Source: an uncultured Chloroflexia bacterium (GTDB taxonomy: Bacteria > Chloroflexota > Chloroflexia > QHBQ01 > JADMIH01). From it: DNA of 64,000 nucleotides. The position numbers were made by a program, and so were the translations under genes. The stretch is from positions 384,001-448,000 of the forward strand of contig CAWCNY010000001.1 of the NCBI GenBank assembly GCA_963797095.1. Direction: 5' to 3'. The first letter of the stretch is position 1, and each line of letters begins with the position of its first letter. Below, piece by piece: positions 40,551 to 50,026 of the stretch. The notes beneath the pieces were generated by a model, which searched no databases, was not told the DNA's origin, and was given only the letters and a program-made list of their open reading frames with translations.

Positions 40551-41624
40551 ATGCTGGTCCGCCGCACCTACAAGTACATCCTTCGTCCTACCAGCAGGCA
40601 AGCACGTCTGTTGCAGCACAACATTGATTTGTGCAGGGAGTTGTACAATGCCGCCCTGCAACACCGTAGGGATGCCTATCGCATGGCAGGAAAGAGCGTT
40701 AGCTTTGCTGAACAATCCTCTGCGCTTGTAGAGTGCAAAGAGCGGAGACCAGACCTTGCCGACGTGTACAGCCAGACGTTGCAGGATGTCCTTCACAGGG
40801 TAGACAAGACCTATAAGGCTTTCTACGCACGTGTGAAGCGTGGCGATAAGGCTGGCTTTCCCCGGTTCCGCTCCTATGACCGGTACGATAGCTTCACCTA
40901 CCCTCAGTTGGGTTGGTCTCTCCAAAACGATAGATTGACGCTCTCCAAGATTGGCACTATCAAGCTGAAGTTGCACTGGCCTGTGCAGGGCAAAGTCAAA
41001 ACCGTACAAGTCAAGCGGGAAGGCAGCAAGTGGTTCGTGTGCTTCTCTGTCGAAACTGAGATACAAGTCCCTATTCATACCGGGCCTGCTGTCGGTATAG
41101 ACGTTGGCTTGGAGCACCTTGCCAACCTTTCTACCGGAGAGCAGGTCGAAAACCCCCGCTACTACCGCCGAGGGCAGAAACGGCTTGCCAAAGCGCAGAG
41201 GCAACTTGCTAAAGCTATTAGTATTAGGATGCATCGGGGGCGTAGGGAGTATCGCAAGCGTGTGGTTAGCTGCCACCGCAAGGTGCGTAACCAACGTGCC
41301 AACTTCTTGCACAAGTTGTCTCTTCGGCTGGTACAGACCTACTCCCTGATTGCGATAGAGAAGTTGTCGGTCAAGGGGTTGGCAGGCGGGATGCTTGCCA
41401 AGGCTGTGAATGATGCAGCGTGGTCTATCTTCACCGCACAACTGAGGTACAAGGCAGAATGCGCCGGTACGCAGTTGGTAGAGGTAGACCCGTCCTACAC
41501 TTCGCAGACCTGCCCAAAGTGCGGCAGCATCCGAAAGAAGGAACTTTCGGAACGTTGGCACCATTGTGATTGTGGCTTTGAGTGTCATAGAGATGTTGCC
41601 GCCGCTATGGTCATTCTTGCATGA
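40551..41624 (+). CDS. tnpB: RNA-guided endonuclease TnpB (357 aa)
   Basis: CRELYNAAL, GFPRF, RuvC GIDVG / IAIEKL / HRDVAAA, TSQTCPKCG..CDCG zinc finger. Confidence 0.95.
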   Translation: MLVRRTYKYILRPTSRQARLLQHNIDLCRELYNAALQHRRDAYRMAGKSVSFAEQSSALVECKERRPDLADVYSQTLQDVLHRVDKTYKAFYARVKRGDKAGFPRFRSYDRYDSFTYPQLGWSLQNDRLTLSKIGTIKLKLHWPVQGKVKTVQVKREGSKWFVCFSVETEIQVPIHTGPAVGIDVGLEHLANLSTGEQVENPRYYRRGQKRLAKAQRQLAKAISIRMHRGRREYRKRVVSCHRKVRNQRANFLHKLSLRLVQTYSLIAIEKLSVKGLAGGMLAKAVNDAAWSIFTAQLRYKAECAGTQLVEVDPSYTSQTCPKCGSIRKKELSERWHHCDCGFECHRDVAAAMVILA

Positions 41625-41690
41625 GGACTATCGTGCATGGGTATCCAATCCCTAGAAGCTACCTGGCTTTAGCCGGTGTAGAGTAGTCAC
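41625..41690 (+). ncRNA. IS200/IS605 right end / 3' part of TnpB omegaRNA
   Basis: GAAG-CTACCTGGC-TTTA-GCCGGTGTAG-AGTAG-TCAC. Confidence 0.8.
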
Positions 41691-41786
41691 GCTTGTTAAG
41701 TGCCTTTCGATAGGCGTCGGTCTCCCTTGCATTGGTTAGCTATCTCTGCTGACTATCCCGGAACGTTGAGTTGGGGCTGGACATCG

Positions 41787-42782
41787 GGCAGTGTCAGAAG
41801 TGGCGGCACACAGTCTCCCCAGTGAGGCTTATAGCGTCTTGGCCAAGCCTTAGGCCAAGGCTATCGCTTGCCGTTATGCCGTCATCAGCAGATATTGCAG
41901 GGCACCAATCTCTGCCTGAATAGGCGGCGTTGTTCGGACAGGGGTACCGTTTGTTTCGGCCTGGTGCGGTACCGGAAATAGTCCCTCTGCTCATCATAAG
42001 CCCGGCAAAGGCGTGAGGCCGAATCGAACTTCCCGAATCCGCGCATAGGGTAGTAGCGCTGTTTGATGCCTCGATGGTCTTGCTCGAGGCGATTGTTCAA
42101 GTAGCGGTTCGTGCGATGAACCACTTTTCGTCCGAGTATCCGGCGTATGGCCCGCGGGTAAGAATCGTGTCCGTCAGTAGTCACCCGATCTGGTACGCAC
42201 CCAGTCACATCTTTGGCCCCCTTGAAGAACTTCTTGGCTGCATCCATATCTCGCTGCTCCGAGAGCATCGAGTCCACCAGATTGCCATCCCCATCTATGG
42301 CACGATACAAGTAACACCATTTGCCACCAACCTTGACGTATGTCTCGTCCGTGTACCAGGACCGACCAACCTTACCTTTGCGCCTGGCACGTAGTTGCTC
42401 GGTGATCAGAGGAGCAAATCTGGCTTCCCAATCGCGTACAGCTTCATGAGTGAACTCGAACCCTCGGACCAAGAACATCTCTGACAGGTCGCGAAAACTC
42501 AACTTGTACCGGAGCCTCCACAGGACAACCAATAGGACCACATCCTTGGGGAAATGAAGTTGATTGAAAAGAGTACCAGTACGCTCGTTGAACTTGCGTT
42601 TACACTGCGAGCAGCGGAAAGTAGAATAACCGAGGGAGGTTTTGCCTGCCAACTGAGTAGTCGCAGAAGATGAGCAGTAAGGACACTTCATCAGGATTCC
42701 TTGTCAGGATGATTCTATCTATGGCAAGGATACCCGATGAGTTGCCTCAATACCAGCCCACACCCTGATTTCTGCCACTTCC
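41787..42782 (-). mobile_element. IS6-family element (996 bp; transposase 41885-42691 with 1-nt deletion near C-terminus)
   Basis: IRs GGCAGTGTCAGAA / GGAAGTGGCAGAA; full DDE motifs; adding one A near 41907 restores RFGALQYLLMTA, matching the other copy. Confidence 0.92.
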
Positions 42783-42845
42783 TCGCAACTTCGCACCTTC
42801 CGGTACAGGGAGCTGAACGGCGGGCAATAGACCCGCTCCGAAAGT

Positions 42846-42880
42846 GATCAAGATGGGCAGCGAGACTGCCCATCTTGATC
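42846..42880. terminator. Perfect 15-bp hairpin, likely terminator of the ydcF-like gene
   Basis: GATCAAGATGGGCAG-CGAGA-CTGCCCATCTTGATC immediately after stop at 42882. Confidence 0.75.
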
Positions 42881-42881
42881 G

Positions 42882-43490
42882 TTAATTCCTCTGCCCAACA
42901 AGAAACTTGACCTGGTACAGCATCAGCGATAGGGCATCGCGGCTTACCGTAAATGTCTTTATGTAGAGGTTATTCCAGTTTTGTGAGTCGACCGCTGGGG
43001 ACGGGTAGACCGTGATCTCTTGTCCCCAGATGTCGTGGGCGATCAGCGTGCTGCGCTTGATATGGAAAGGCTCCGTGACCAGGATCGCGCTGTGCCATCC
43101 TTTCGACTGTATGATAGCCTGGCTGTGTTCGATGTTCTGGATAGTGTTGTACAAATCGCTCTCGCGCACAATGGCGTCCGAGGGCACGCCATCGTCTTCG
43201 AGCACACGACTCAACACCGAGCTTTCTGTGGGGTTGCCGGTGGCAATGACATTGCCCGCGTATCCCTCCTTATAGAGGTCGGCGGCGTGGCCCCCGCGTG
43301 CGACCATGCAGGCGCTTGGCCCGTTTTGCCCGATGGGATTGCACCCCAGCACCACGATCACATCCGCGTGGGCCACGTAATCCGTTTCAGCCCCGGCAGC
43401 CACATACGCCGCGTCAATCCCGAACCAGAGTGCGGGCAGCAGTAAAGCAAGTGCCGACCACTTCAAAACGCGCCGCATCCTGGATCTCAT
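42882..43490 (-). CDS. YdcF/DUF218-family envelope protein
   Basis: N-terminal TM, ADVIVVLG, NTIQNI, ILVTEPFHIKRS. Confidence 0.87.
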   Translation of the reverse strand: MRSRMRRVLKWSALALLLPALWFGIDAAYVAAGAETDYVAHADVIVVLGCNPIGQNGPSACMVARGGHAADLYKEGYAGNVIATGNPTESSVLSRVLEDDGVPSDAIVRESDLYNTIQNIEHSQAIIQSKGWHSAILVTEPFHIKRSTLIAHDIWGQEITVYPSPAVDSQNWNNLYIKTFTVSRDALSLMLYQVKFLVGQRN

Positions 43491-43593
43491 AGTATTATTC
43501 TAGCACGAAGCCCCCTGCTGCTTGCTAATGGCTTCTCTTTGAGATAGAATTAGTACGTGATTTCGGATTATCCACCAATGAGGATATTATTCA

Positions 43594-44046
43594 ATGTCGA
43601 ATAAATCAACCACCATAGGGATTGTGGACGAGATAATTGACCTGGACGGTATGTTGCAGCAGATCCTGCGGAACAGCTGGCCTGAGACCTGGCTGCAAAT
43701 CAACCTGCCGGTCGGGTCGACACGTGCGCTGTTTGCAATCGAGAGCAAGGAAGCGCGCACGCCCGGCGGGGTGGCCGAGGCGCTTGGCGTGAGCCGTACC
43801 ACGGTCACAGGTATGCTCGACCGCCTTGAGGGTGAGGGCCTGCTTACCCGCTCCATCGACCCCAACGATAGGCGCTGCTTCATGCTTGAGCTTACGCCAA
43901 AGGCGCGCAGCCTGATCGAAGAGATAGAGGGGAGTCGTCGCGACCGCTTGAATGAGGCACTAACCTCTATGTCCCAGGAAGAGTTGCAAGCTCTCCGTAC
44001 AGGGCTTGGGGCGCTGCTCCACCAAATGCAACCGCCCAACTTATAA
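43594..44046 (+). CDS. MarR-family regulator
   Basis: VAEALGVSRTTVTGMLDRLEGEGLLTRSIDPNDRR..LTPKA. Confidence 0.92.
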   Translation: MSNKSTTIGIVDEIIDLDGMLQQILRNSWPETWLQINLPVGSTRALFAIESKEARTPGGVAEALGVSRTTVTGMLDRLEGEGLLTRSIDPNDRRCFMLELTPKARSLIEEIEGSRRDRLNEALTSMSQEELQALRTGLGALLHQMQPPNL

Positions 44047-44141
44047 AGCATAGTCCATAGAAGAGTTATCAGGAGACATATTACATGGCGAACAGCAAAT
44101 TGCATCACATCCACTATAAGGGGTAAACCCAACATTCGTGA

Positions 44142-44201
44142 GTTGAACTAAGCCGCTCCCTCGCGAGAACGACTCGTCTTCAAAACCGGACATGAACCGT
44201 T
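44142..44201 (-). mobile_element. 3' stump (half of domain V + domain VI) of a group II intron related to 18528-19378
   Basis: GGTTCATGTCCGGTTTTGAAGACGAGTCGTTCTCGCGAGGGAGCGGCTTAGTTCAAC, near-identical to 19322-19378. Confidence 0.85.
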
Positions 44202-44404
44202 TGGGCTTACCCCGATACAAATGACTCGGTGATATTGGATTGGTGAGTGCGCTCGAAGGCCTCAGGGCTCATGTAGCCGATGGCCGAATGCCGCCTCTTT
44301 CGATTGTACCAAACTTCGATATATTCGAAGATGCTCTGCCTGGCTTCCGAGCGCGAGGCGTAAACGCCGGTTGCGCATTCGGCCTTGAGCGTCGACCAAA
44401 AGCT

Positions 44405-46934
44405 GGTGGCTAAGGTTCTACGGTCGCCCGCAGAACCTCGCCTTCAAATCCGGACGTGAGGGTTTCCCACTCATCCGGCTCCTCAGCTATACGGTCCTTG
44501 TCCTGGATACCTCGTACGGTAGACTTATCGCCTGCCGTTTTTACGTCGTGACAATGCCGATGGAGTAATTGCCAGTTCGCGTATGTTTCTCGTCCTCCCC
44601 GACTTTGTGGGGTTATGTGGTCCACTTCGCGTAGCTCTTCTCCACCTCTAAAGTACATCTTGCACCAGGCGCACCTGCCGGCCTGCCGTTTGAGCAGTAC
44701 TGCTGCTCTCGTTGTCAGACCTGGATAGCGCCCTAGCCTGCTTGCCCAGTAAACCCAGTCGCCGTTGTATGGGCTTTGTCGTCCCTCGACTTTGATATGC
44801 CGTCTGATTGCGGTACTTGCGTGCCTTATCAGCGCAGGTCCATTGTCGGAAACGAATAGCCAGCCTTTCTCGCCAGATCGTTTGTGACCCTCGATGTTGA
44901 AGTACTTGCGTACTACCCACTGACTGCCTTTCTTCGGATGGCGATATTTTGCCCAGCGCATCAACTTGTTCCAGACCAGGTGGTCTAGCTTGTTGAACGC
45001 TTTCGACGCTACGACTGTGCGATAATACCCACTCCAACCCCGGATTTTGGGGTTCAGTGTTGCTATCACGGTGCTTTGTGGCGCCGCTTTTAGCCTAGCA
45101 ATTACCTCACTCAGCGATGCATAGTGCCGTTGCAACGCTGTTTTGCTGGGTTTAATGATGGTTTTGAAGTCCACCCTTTCGTTAGTTCGTCCTCTTGTCC
45201 TACCTCCTGTTTTCACAAAGTGCGTTTTACCTACCTGGTAATGCCGCACATTGAAACCCAGAAAGTCGAACCCTGCGCCTCCCGCTTCACCCGCTTCCCC
45301 TGTTTCACCTTCAACTGCTTGCAGTGTGTGGGTTATGCGAGTCTTGCTTGGCTTCAACTCCAGACCCATGTGTTTCAGCCATTCCGCTACCACTTCCTTG
45401 CTCCGCTGGATTACTGCCTGGTCACGATGCAGGATGACCAGATCGTCGGCATAGCGAATGATCTGGGGTTTCCAGTTCTGTATCCTGTGGCCGTGTACCA
45501 TCTGGTTGGCAGGAAAGGCATCACGCACGGCTGTTTCCAGTCCATGCAGCGCCACATTGGCGAGCAGAGGAGAGATAACACCCCCTTGCTGTGTACCTTC
45601 TTCCGTCGGGAACAGTTCGTCGCCTTCCATCACCCCTGCTTTTAGCCAGCCTCTAATGACCCGCCTTAGCATTGGGGTGGTGTCCAGTTTCTCAAGCATT
45701 GCCTCCTGGTCGATTCTATCGAAGCATTTGGCAATGTCAGCATCAAGCACATATTTTTGCATGTACTTGATGCTGTCGAAGATAGCAGCGATGGCATCAT
45801 GGGCAGAGCGTCCTGGGCGAAAGCCATAGCTATTGGGTTCGAATTTGGCTTCCCATTCGGGTTCAAGTGCCAGTTTGACCAATGCTTGTGCTGCTCGGTC
45901 ATGCATCACGGGAATACCGAGGGGTCGTTTGTCCGGTGTGCCAGGCTTGGGTATCCAGACCCGTCGCACCGGTTGTGGCTTACCTCGCAGGTCCAGAGAT
46001 TGTACAAGCTCCATGCGTTGTTGAGGAGTTAGAGATTTCACCCCGTCAATTCCGGCGGTTTTCTTGCCCTGGTTATCCTGTGTTACCCGTCTTACCGCCA
46101 AGCATCTGGCTGCCCAGGACCTAACCATCAGGTGTTGCAATCTGTGTACAGTTTTTCTTTCGTCACGTTGTGAGGCTTGGTAAATGCGCTTTTGGAGCTT
46201 GAAAACCGCCTGTTCGATTACTCGCCAGGGGAGGGTTTTCCATTCATACACTGGCATTTGCGCTTGAGCTTGCGCTAACGCTGATACCGTGCTCATGACA
46301 TTTTTTACTCCTATTCGTGCCCTTACCATCCGTATGCCGTGCCCACGTCTGCCTGTTTGGGCTTCTTGGGCAATCCCTACACTCAGTGGTTTGCGGCTGA
46401 CGACCTGCTCCACATGAGGAACTTGATGCTCCTCATGTGGAGAACCAACTGAGTGGTTACCCCGTTCCTGGTATTCGTTTTGCGTAGTTTTAGGACCGTA
46501 CTATCCGCCGGGTTTAGTGGGAATGAAAACTGGTCGGATAGAAAACCGCCAGCCCCTATCCTTGTCCTTTTGGACCAGGCCATAGAACCTGCGTAGGCCT
46601 GTTCGCGCTAACGACGGTTCAGCTGTACGTTCACTTTCGTTGTCCATGACTGCCTGCTGGCAAGTTGTCGGCATCAGGTTTGTCGTTGGCTTGCGTTCCA
46701 CCCATGCACCGCACAGATTTGATGGTCAGTCGCACCCATGTGGGTGGGGCATTTCCTTGTTCATTTCAAGGGTGGGGAATTGGACTAGACCGCACCTAAA
46801 CCTCACCCCACATCGAATACCAAGTTATCAAGGGAGAATGGTCGGCATCCATCCTCCCCAGTCTCACATTCGAGTCGCTATTGTCCCCCATTGCAAGGCA
46901 ACAAAGTTGACAATTATATGAGAACGGGTCGCAC
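44405..46934 (-). mobile_element. Full-length group IIB intron (2530 nt) inserted in IS3 orfB
   Basis: Starts GTGCGACCCGTT at 46934; domain V GAGCCGGATGAGTGGGAAACCCTCACGTCCGG; removal rejoins ATGGAG|AGCTTTTGG in frame. Confidence 0.92.
44410..46296 (-). CDS. ltrA: Group II intron reverse transcriptase/maturase with HNH endonuclease
   Basis: NQGKKTAGIDG, RPLGIP, SYGFRPGRS, DADIAKCFD, QQGGVISPLLAN, RYADD, FDFLGF, DHI..N..H..CH; AGGAG RBS before ATG 46296. Confidence 0.96.
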   Translation of the reverse strand: MSTVSALAQAQAQMPVYEWKTLPWRVIEQAVFKLQKRIYQASQRDERKTVHRLQHLMVRSWAARCLAVRRVTQDNQGKKTAGIDGVKSLTPQQRMELVQSLDLRGKPQPVRRVWIPKPGTPDKRPLGIPVMHDRAAQALVKLALEPEWEAKFEPNSYGFRPGRSAHDAIAAIFDSIKYMQKYVLDADIAKCFDRIDQEAMLEKLDTTPMLRRVIRGWLKAGVMEGDELFPTEEGTQQGGVISPLLANVALHGLETAVRDAFPANQMVHGHRIQNWKPQIIRYADDLVILHRDQAVIQRSKEVVAEWLKHMGLELKPSKTRITHTLQAVEGETGEAGEAGGAGFDFLGFNVRHYQVGKTHFVKTGGRTRGRTNERVDFKTIIKPSKTALQRHYASLSEVIARLKAAPQSTVIATLNPKIRGWSGYYRTVVASKAFNKLDHLVWNKLMRWAKYRHPKKGSQWVVRKYFNIEGHKRSGEKGWLFVSDNGPALIRHASTAIRRHIKVEGRQSPYNGDWVYWASRLGRYPGLTTRAAVLLKRQAGRCAWCKMYFRGGEELREVDHITPQSRGGRETYANWQLLHRHCHDVKTAGDKSTVRGIQDKDRIAEEPDEWETLTSGFEGEVLRATVEP

Positions 46935-48055
46935 CTCCATTACTGCGTTGTCATAGCAATCCCCCTTTCTGCTCATACTCACCTGCATGTGATGAGCACT
47001 GAGTAACTGCTGGTAGCTGTGCGAAGCGTATTGACTGCCCCTATTGGAGTGATGCAGTACCCCTTTGCATGGCCGCCGCCCGGCGGCGGCCATGCAAAGG
47101 GCGGATTCTACCAGGTTGGTTTCCATTGTCTTGTCCATAGCCCACCCCACCACACGGCGGGAGTAGATGTCGAGCATCGCGGCCAGGTAGAGCCAGCCCT
47201 CTCGGGTTTCGATATAGGTGATATCTCCAACCCACTTTTCGTTAGGTCCTTGTGCCCAGAACTGGCGGTTGAGCGTGTTCGGGGCGACTGGGTAGTTGTG
47301 ACGAGAATTGGTAGTAGTCACCTTGTACGCCCGATGCTTTCTTGCTTGTATACCTGTCTTGCGCATGAGACGAGCCACGCGGTTGAGGCTGCACGTCATT
47401 CCACTTTCCTTTAGCTCGGCATGGATGCGTGGTGCTCCGTACGTGCCTCGGCTCCGCTTGAACTCAGTCTGTATGGCCGCTGTTAGCTGTTGATTAGCAT
47501 CTCTCTCCTCGAAGGTGGCTCTTCTAGGCGTTTCACCCAGTTGTAGTATCCGCCTCTCGATACTCCAAGCACTCGGCACATGATTTTGACTTCGTACTCC
47601 TGCTGGTGCTTGTGGATAAAGGCGAACTTTACTCTTGGTTTGGCGTCTTGGAGAAGATGGCGAGCGCTTTTTTTAGTATGTCCCTCTCTTGGCGCAGGAT
47701 TTCGTTCTCTCGCTTCAGCCTGCTCAGCTCAGCTTCCGCCTCGTTCTGGTGTCCAATGCCTGGAAACGCTTGCTGCAAATTGCCCCCTTCCTTATTGAAT
47801 GCCTTTTCCCACAGGTGCAACTGCCCTTGATACAGACCTAGTTCTCGCTCTAATTCAGTCTTGGTCCTGCCGCTGCTCTTGAGGAGACGCAGCGCTTCTA
47901 GCTTGAACTCTCGGCTGTATACTTTCTTCGGTGGCATCGCAGGTCTTACTGGTCCTGTCTGCTGGAGTGTTTGGGACCTGTTAGGCATCATTTAGTTCTT
48001 CCTCCATATTGTGGACCAGAGTCTTTCTCTTGTCCACTTTTCTGGGGGAAGCCCA

Positions 48056-48743
48056 CTCGCAGAGTCGCATCGACTGCTGTGCTGACGAAATCGTCCAACA
48101 AGGCTCGCGGTGCTGGGGCCTGCGTCGGGTCGTCGGTAACAGCCCTGACCAGCGGGGGGAGCGCGTTCGCCAGCGCGGCCATCTTCTGCGTTCGCTCAGG
48201 AGCGAGGCGCAAGCGCCAGAGCGCGCGTAGCCGGTAGCCATCGCGCACCAGCGCCGGCATTACCTCCTGAGCGGCCACCACTTCCATCGCCAGCAGCGCT
48301 GCCAGGTGCCAGACCCGTAGGTCGGCGCCCAGCCCCCTGGCTGACCCGACCGATCCCGCCGACCCAAGTACCAGCAGCAGATCGATGGCAGGCCCAAGTG
48401 GGCAGGCAAACCCCGTTACCTGCCAGGCACGCAGCTCTATCTCGCCTTCAGGTGGTGTTACCGCGCCACCGGATAGAAGCTCAGGGGAGAGTACGGGGCC
48501 ATTTCCGGCGGATGGTAGCCAGATAGTGCGAGCCTGTTCTTCGAGATCCGTTGCGGGCACCGGTAGTGAGTGGCGCTCCAGGTACTCGCGGAGCTGTGCT
48601 GGCGTGCTGCCAAAGGGGTGCCGCGGTATGGCAGGTAACTTCGGATGGCGGCCCTTGTGCGAAATGGAGTGGGCGCTCTCGCCCCATAGGAAGAACCGCC
48701 TCGTGCCCGGCAGCCAGGTGCCGTGCAGAACTTCAGTGCTCAT
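48056..48743 (-). pseudogene. N-terminal fragment of SNF2-like helicase, truncated by IS3
   Basis: VLHGTW..FFLWGE..HPF..WLPS..P.SPEL N-terminus typical of bacterial SNF2/DUF3670 helicases; runs into IS3 IR. Confidence 0.72.
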
Positions 48744-48786
48744 GTTAGTGTGCTTATGCCCTTGATAGTTCGATGGTTCTTTAATG

Positions 48787-49248
48787 CTATGGTTCTTTTG
48801 GGAACCAGCCGCCCGGGGTCACATGCACCTCGCGGTATCCTTTGAAATCATGTACTGCTTCTAGCATTTCTTCAATGGATTGGGGTTGGCGCATCCCCTC
48901 ACGCCAGGTCTTCCTCTCCACGGTGCCGAGCACAAGGTAATCGTCTTCGGTAACATCAGCAGCGCGCTTGCCAAGAAAGGCCGCCAGCACTCCCTCAACC
49001 TCGTCCTGGTGGGCTATCAAGAGATCGCAGGTCGGGCAGTAGCGGCAGGTCTTGTTCAGCGCAAGTAGTTGAATGGGTTCGATGTGGATCAGCAATGGCA
49101 GCTTGCGCTGCCTGGTCTTGCCGCCGCATCCTGGACAGGTGGAGAAGCGAACATCCTGGTATGGGTTCAGGACGAAATCGTAGAGGGGCGGCAGCTTGCC
49201 GAAGTGTCTGTCTTGTCTCTTCTTAGCACGCTTGTTAGCACCCATCAC
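48787..49248 (-). CDS. Conserved hypothetical Cys-rich (CxxC x2) protein upstream of SNF2 gene
   Basis: FVLNPY..CPGCGGKT..KTCRYCPTCDLLIAH. Confidence 0.7.
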   Translation of the reverse strand: MMGANKRAKKRQDRHFGKLPPLYDFVLNPYQDVRFSTCPGCGGKTRQRKLPLLIHIEPIQLLALNKTCRYCPTCDLLIAHQDEVEGVLAAFLGKRAADVTEDDYLVLGTVERKTWREGMRQPQSIEEMLEAVHDFKGYREVHVTPGGWFPKEP

Positions 49249-49272
49249 GCATCACGCATCGCACACCGCACA

Positions 49273-49719
49273 TCATAGTTCAAGGTTGTCAAGTACCAGA
49301 ATACGCAGTTCAACGACACGACCCAATTTGGTGTCATTCGTCAGAAATGCTTGGCAACCGGAAAGCAAAGCCGCCGCAATTTGCAGGGCATCTGGTGTTC
49401 GCAATCCGTAGCGAGAGCGCAAATCGGCAGCGCGCTCTGCGATGGTCATGTCTATGCTTGTGACCTCGAAATGGTCGCTATGGAGCAGCAGATCGCGGTA
49501 TTCTTGTTGAAGCTGGGTATTGTTATGCAGGAGGGGCTGCACGAGCACTTCTGTAACAGTAATAGCTGATGTTATGCCGGTGAGGCTCCCGCGCGCAATA
49601 AGGTCGAATATATGCTCAACCAGCGCCTCATAGCGAGGGTGAGCCTCGATGTAGTAGATAATGGGAGCGGTGTCGAGGCCCAGACGCGCAACTCCTGCCA
49701 GGGCGTCATCGAGCTTCAT
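49273..49719 (-). CDS. vapC: PIN-domain (VapC) toxin
   Basis: LDTAPIIYYIE..TSAITVTE..LRTPDALQIA..FLTND. Confidence 0.9.
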   Translation of the reverse strand: MKLDDALAGVARLGLDTAPIIYYIEAHPRYEALVEHIFDLIARGSLTGITSAITVTEVLVQPLLHNNTQLQQEYRDLLLHSDHFEVTSIDMTIAERAADLRSRYGLRTPDALQIAAALLSGCQAFLTNDTKLGRVVELRILVLDNLEL

Positions 49720-50026
49720 CGGAGTTGTTGGAGTTGTCGGAGGGAGATGGGTATTCTCCCTGTTCCTGCTGTTCCCGATGTTCCCACTCATCGCGCAGTT
49801 GATCTACATAGTTTTGGGCGTCAACTCCTTCCCAGATTTCCTTGCCCAGCCCATGCAGTTCGGTAATGCTGCGCCTAGGTAGAGTAGGTAGCCCGGCAGG
49901 TAATCCGGCAGCCGAAGGTTCAGCTGCTAACCTCTGTGCAAGCATGGCAAGGAGTCGCAGCTGCTCCGGTACAGGTAGCGAACTCACATAGCGTTCATAG
50001 ATTTCTTGTGCGCTTGCCGTTCTCAT
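49706..50026 (-). CDS. Putative antitoxin
   Basis: Overlaps PIN gene start; RSITELHGLGKEIWEGVDAQNYV..LRDEW. Confidence 0.78.
   Translation of the reverse strand: MRTASAQEIYERYVSSLPVPEQLRLLAMLAQRLAAEPSAAGLPAGLPTLPRRSITELHGLGKEIWEGVDAQNYVDQLRDEWEHREQQEQGEYPSPSDNSNNSDEAR

Larger units (their letters stand above)
44202..48055 (-). mobile_element. IS3-family element (1324 bp without intron): orfA 47629-47991, A7 slippery site 47668-47674, orfB frameshifted near 47499 and interrupted by the intron
   Basis: IRs TGGGCTTCCCCCAGAAAAGTGGAC / TGGGCTTACCCCGATACAAATGAC; WVGDITY, HSNRGSQY, CYDNAVME|SFWSTLKAE..WYNRKRRHSAIGYMSP. Confidence 0.92.

Noticed and set aside
40128-41588. 486-aa minus-strand ORF
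   Set aside because: Antisense shadow of tnpA-tnpB
44410-46296. Retron, DGR or defence-type reverse transcriptase
   Set aside because: Has X and HNH domains plus intron RNA ends and domain V; ordinary group II intron protein; no TR/VR pair seen
49227-49238. Possible TnpB target CACGCTTGTTA matching the right-end junction at 41688
   Set aside because: Only 8 nt of guide match; expected by chance
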